Shown piece by piece: positions 63,129-64,000 of a stretch of DNA of 64,000 nt. How positions within the stretch are numbered: position 1 is the stretch's first letter; each line of letters starts with the position of its first letter. The DNA comes from Podarcis tiliguerta (Eukaryota), in assembly GCA_965153285.1 (NCBI GenBank), contig OZ229115.1; one strand, given 5' to 3'. Made by a program: the position numbers and the translations under genes. The notes under the pieces were generated by a model. It was not told the origin of the DNA, made no database searches, and saw only the letters and a program-made list of their open reading frames with translations.

Positions 63129-63502
63129 TAATAATAATAATTTGTTATTATTTATACCCCGCCCATCTGGCTAGGTTTCCCCAGCTACTCTGGGCAGCTC
63201 CCAACAGAATTAAAAACACAATGAAACATCAAACATTTAAAACTTCCCTAAACAGGGCTGCCTTCAGATGTCTTCTAAAAGTCAGACAGGGTGGGCACTA
63301 CTACCAAGAAGGCCCTCTGCCTGGTTCACTTCTTGCAGGGAGGGAACCACCAAAAGGCCCTCGGAGCTGGACCTCAGTGTCCGGGCTGAATGTTGGGGAT
63401 GAAGACAGTCCTTCAGGGATACTGTGCCGAGGCTGTTGAGGGCTTTAAAGGTCAGCACCGACAGTTTGAATTGTGCTCGGAAATGTACTGGGAGCCAATG
63501 TA
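63129..63502 (-). mobile_element. Young L2 LINE 3' end with internal deletions
   Basis: Colinear with 28692-29106, with a (TAA)n/(TTA)n tail. Confidence 0.92.
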
Positions 63503-64000
63503 CAAGTCTCTATCCATTTTGATGTGAAGGAATTGGAATTGCAAAGTAAAATTTTGCCTATATGATTCCAGGACTTATTTTTTAAGGGACAACATCAAGG
63601 GGAACTTGGCAACAGGGTGGAGACACAAGGCCTTGCACATTTTCTATGTAACCTCAGCAAAACTTCCTGGGAGGCAAAGGAGGCAATTTCAAACAGCCCT
63701 TTTGGAAGAGGATTATAATGTGGAGAGACAAAGGGGTGGGAGGCCTCATGTGTTTCTCCCTAATCTAACATGGCAGTGTTGGTGGAGATTACAGATATGA
63801 ACTTTCCCGAGGAAGCCCTCTTGGCACAAATGGACATGTAGCCACACTCAGGCAATGTGTTGTCCACCCACACTTGGGGAGGAGAGGCAGAACTGTCTAC
63901 AACATGGCAAGATATCCTGCAATTGGAGTTGAATCCTAACAATTCTAACTGATGTAATAAAGTGTCAAGTGACTGAATATCCGGCCTTGTAGTTAATTTG

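Noticed and set aside
1-64000. Six-frame ORFs as host genes
   Set aside because: All are 170 aa or shorter, many start at non-ATG codons, and none has a recognisable domain except LINE ORF2 remnants. ORFs crossing N-runs are artefacts.
1-64000. Naming the host gene
   Set aside because: No exon is recognised. Several CNE-rich loci would fit and the sequence alone cannot distinguish them.

Overview
This is vertebrate non-coding DNA, about 43% GC by eye. Its repeat set (Sauria SINE, BovB, a tRNA-Lys/CR1-tail SINE, Squam3-like SINEs, L2/L1/RTE fragments, CAGT-ended and hAT MITEs) points to a squamate, most likely a lacertid lizard. I cannot support any host protein-coding exon, RNA gene or CRISPR array. 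The only ORFs with recognisable protein content are decayed LINE ORF2 pieces. Between the transposons lie about a dozen unique islands, many CpG-retaining, dense in HOX/PBX/MEIS, TCF, GATA, POU, SOX/FOX and ETS motifs. This is what a long intron or gene desert of a developmental regulator looks like, but the host gene is not identified and conservation is inferred, not measured. The most notable observations are: (1) all three N-runs (189, 172 and 260 nt) sit inside these islands rather than next to repeats; (2) an L1 piece inside another L1, each flanked by its own direct repeat; (3) a bipartite non-autonomous RTE derivative; (4) a three-level nested insertion; (5) a few unverified + strand splice-signal configurations. 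I found no convincing evidence of a wholly new biological system.
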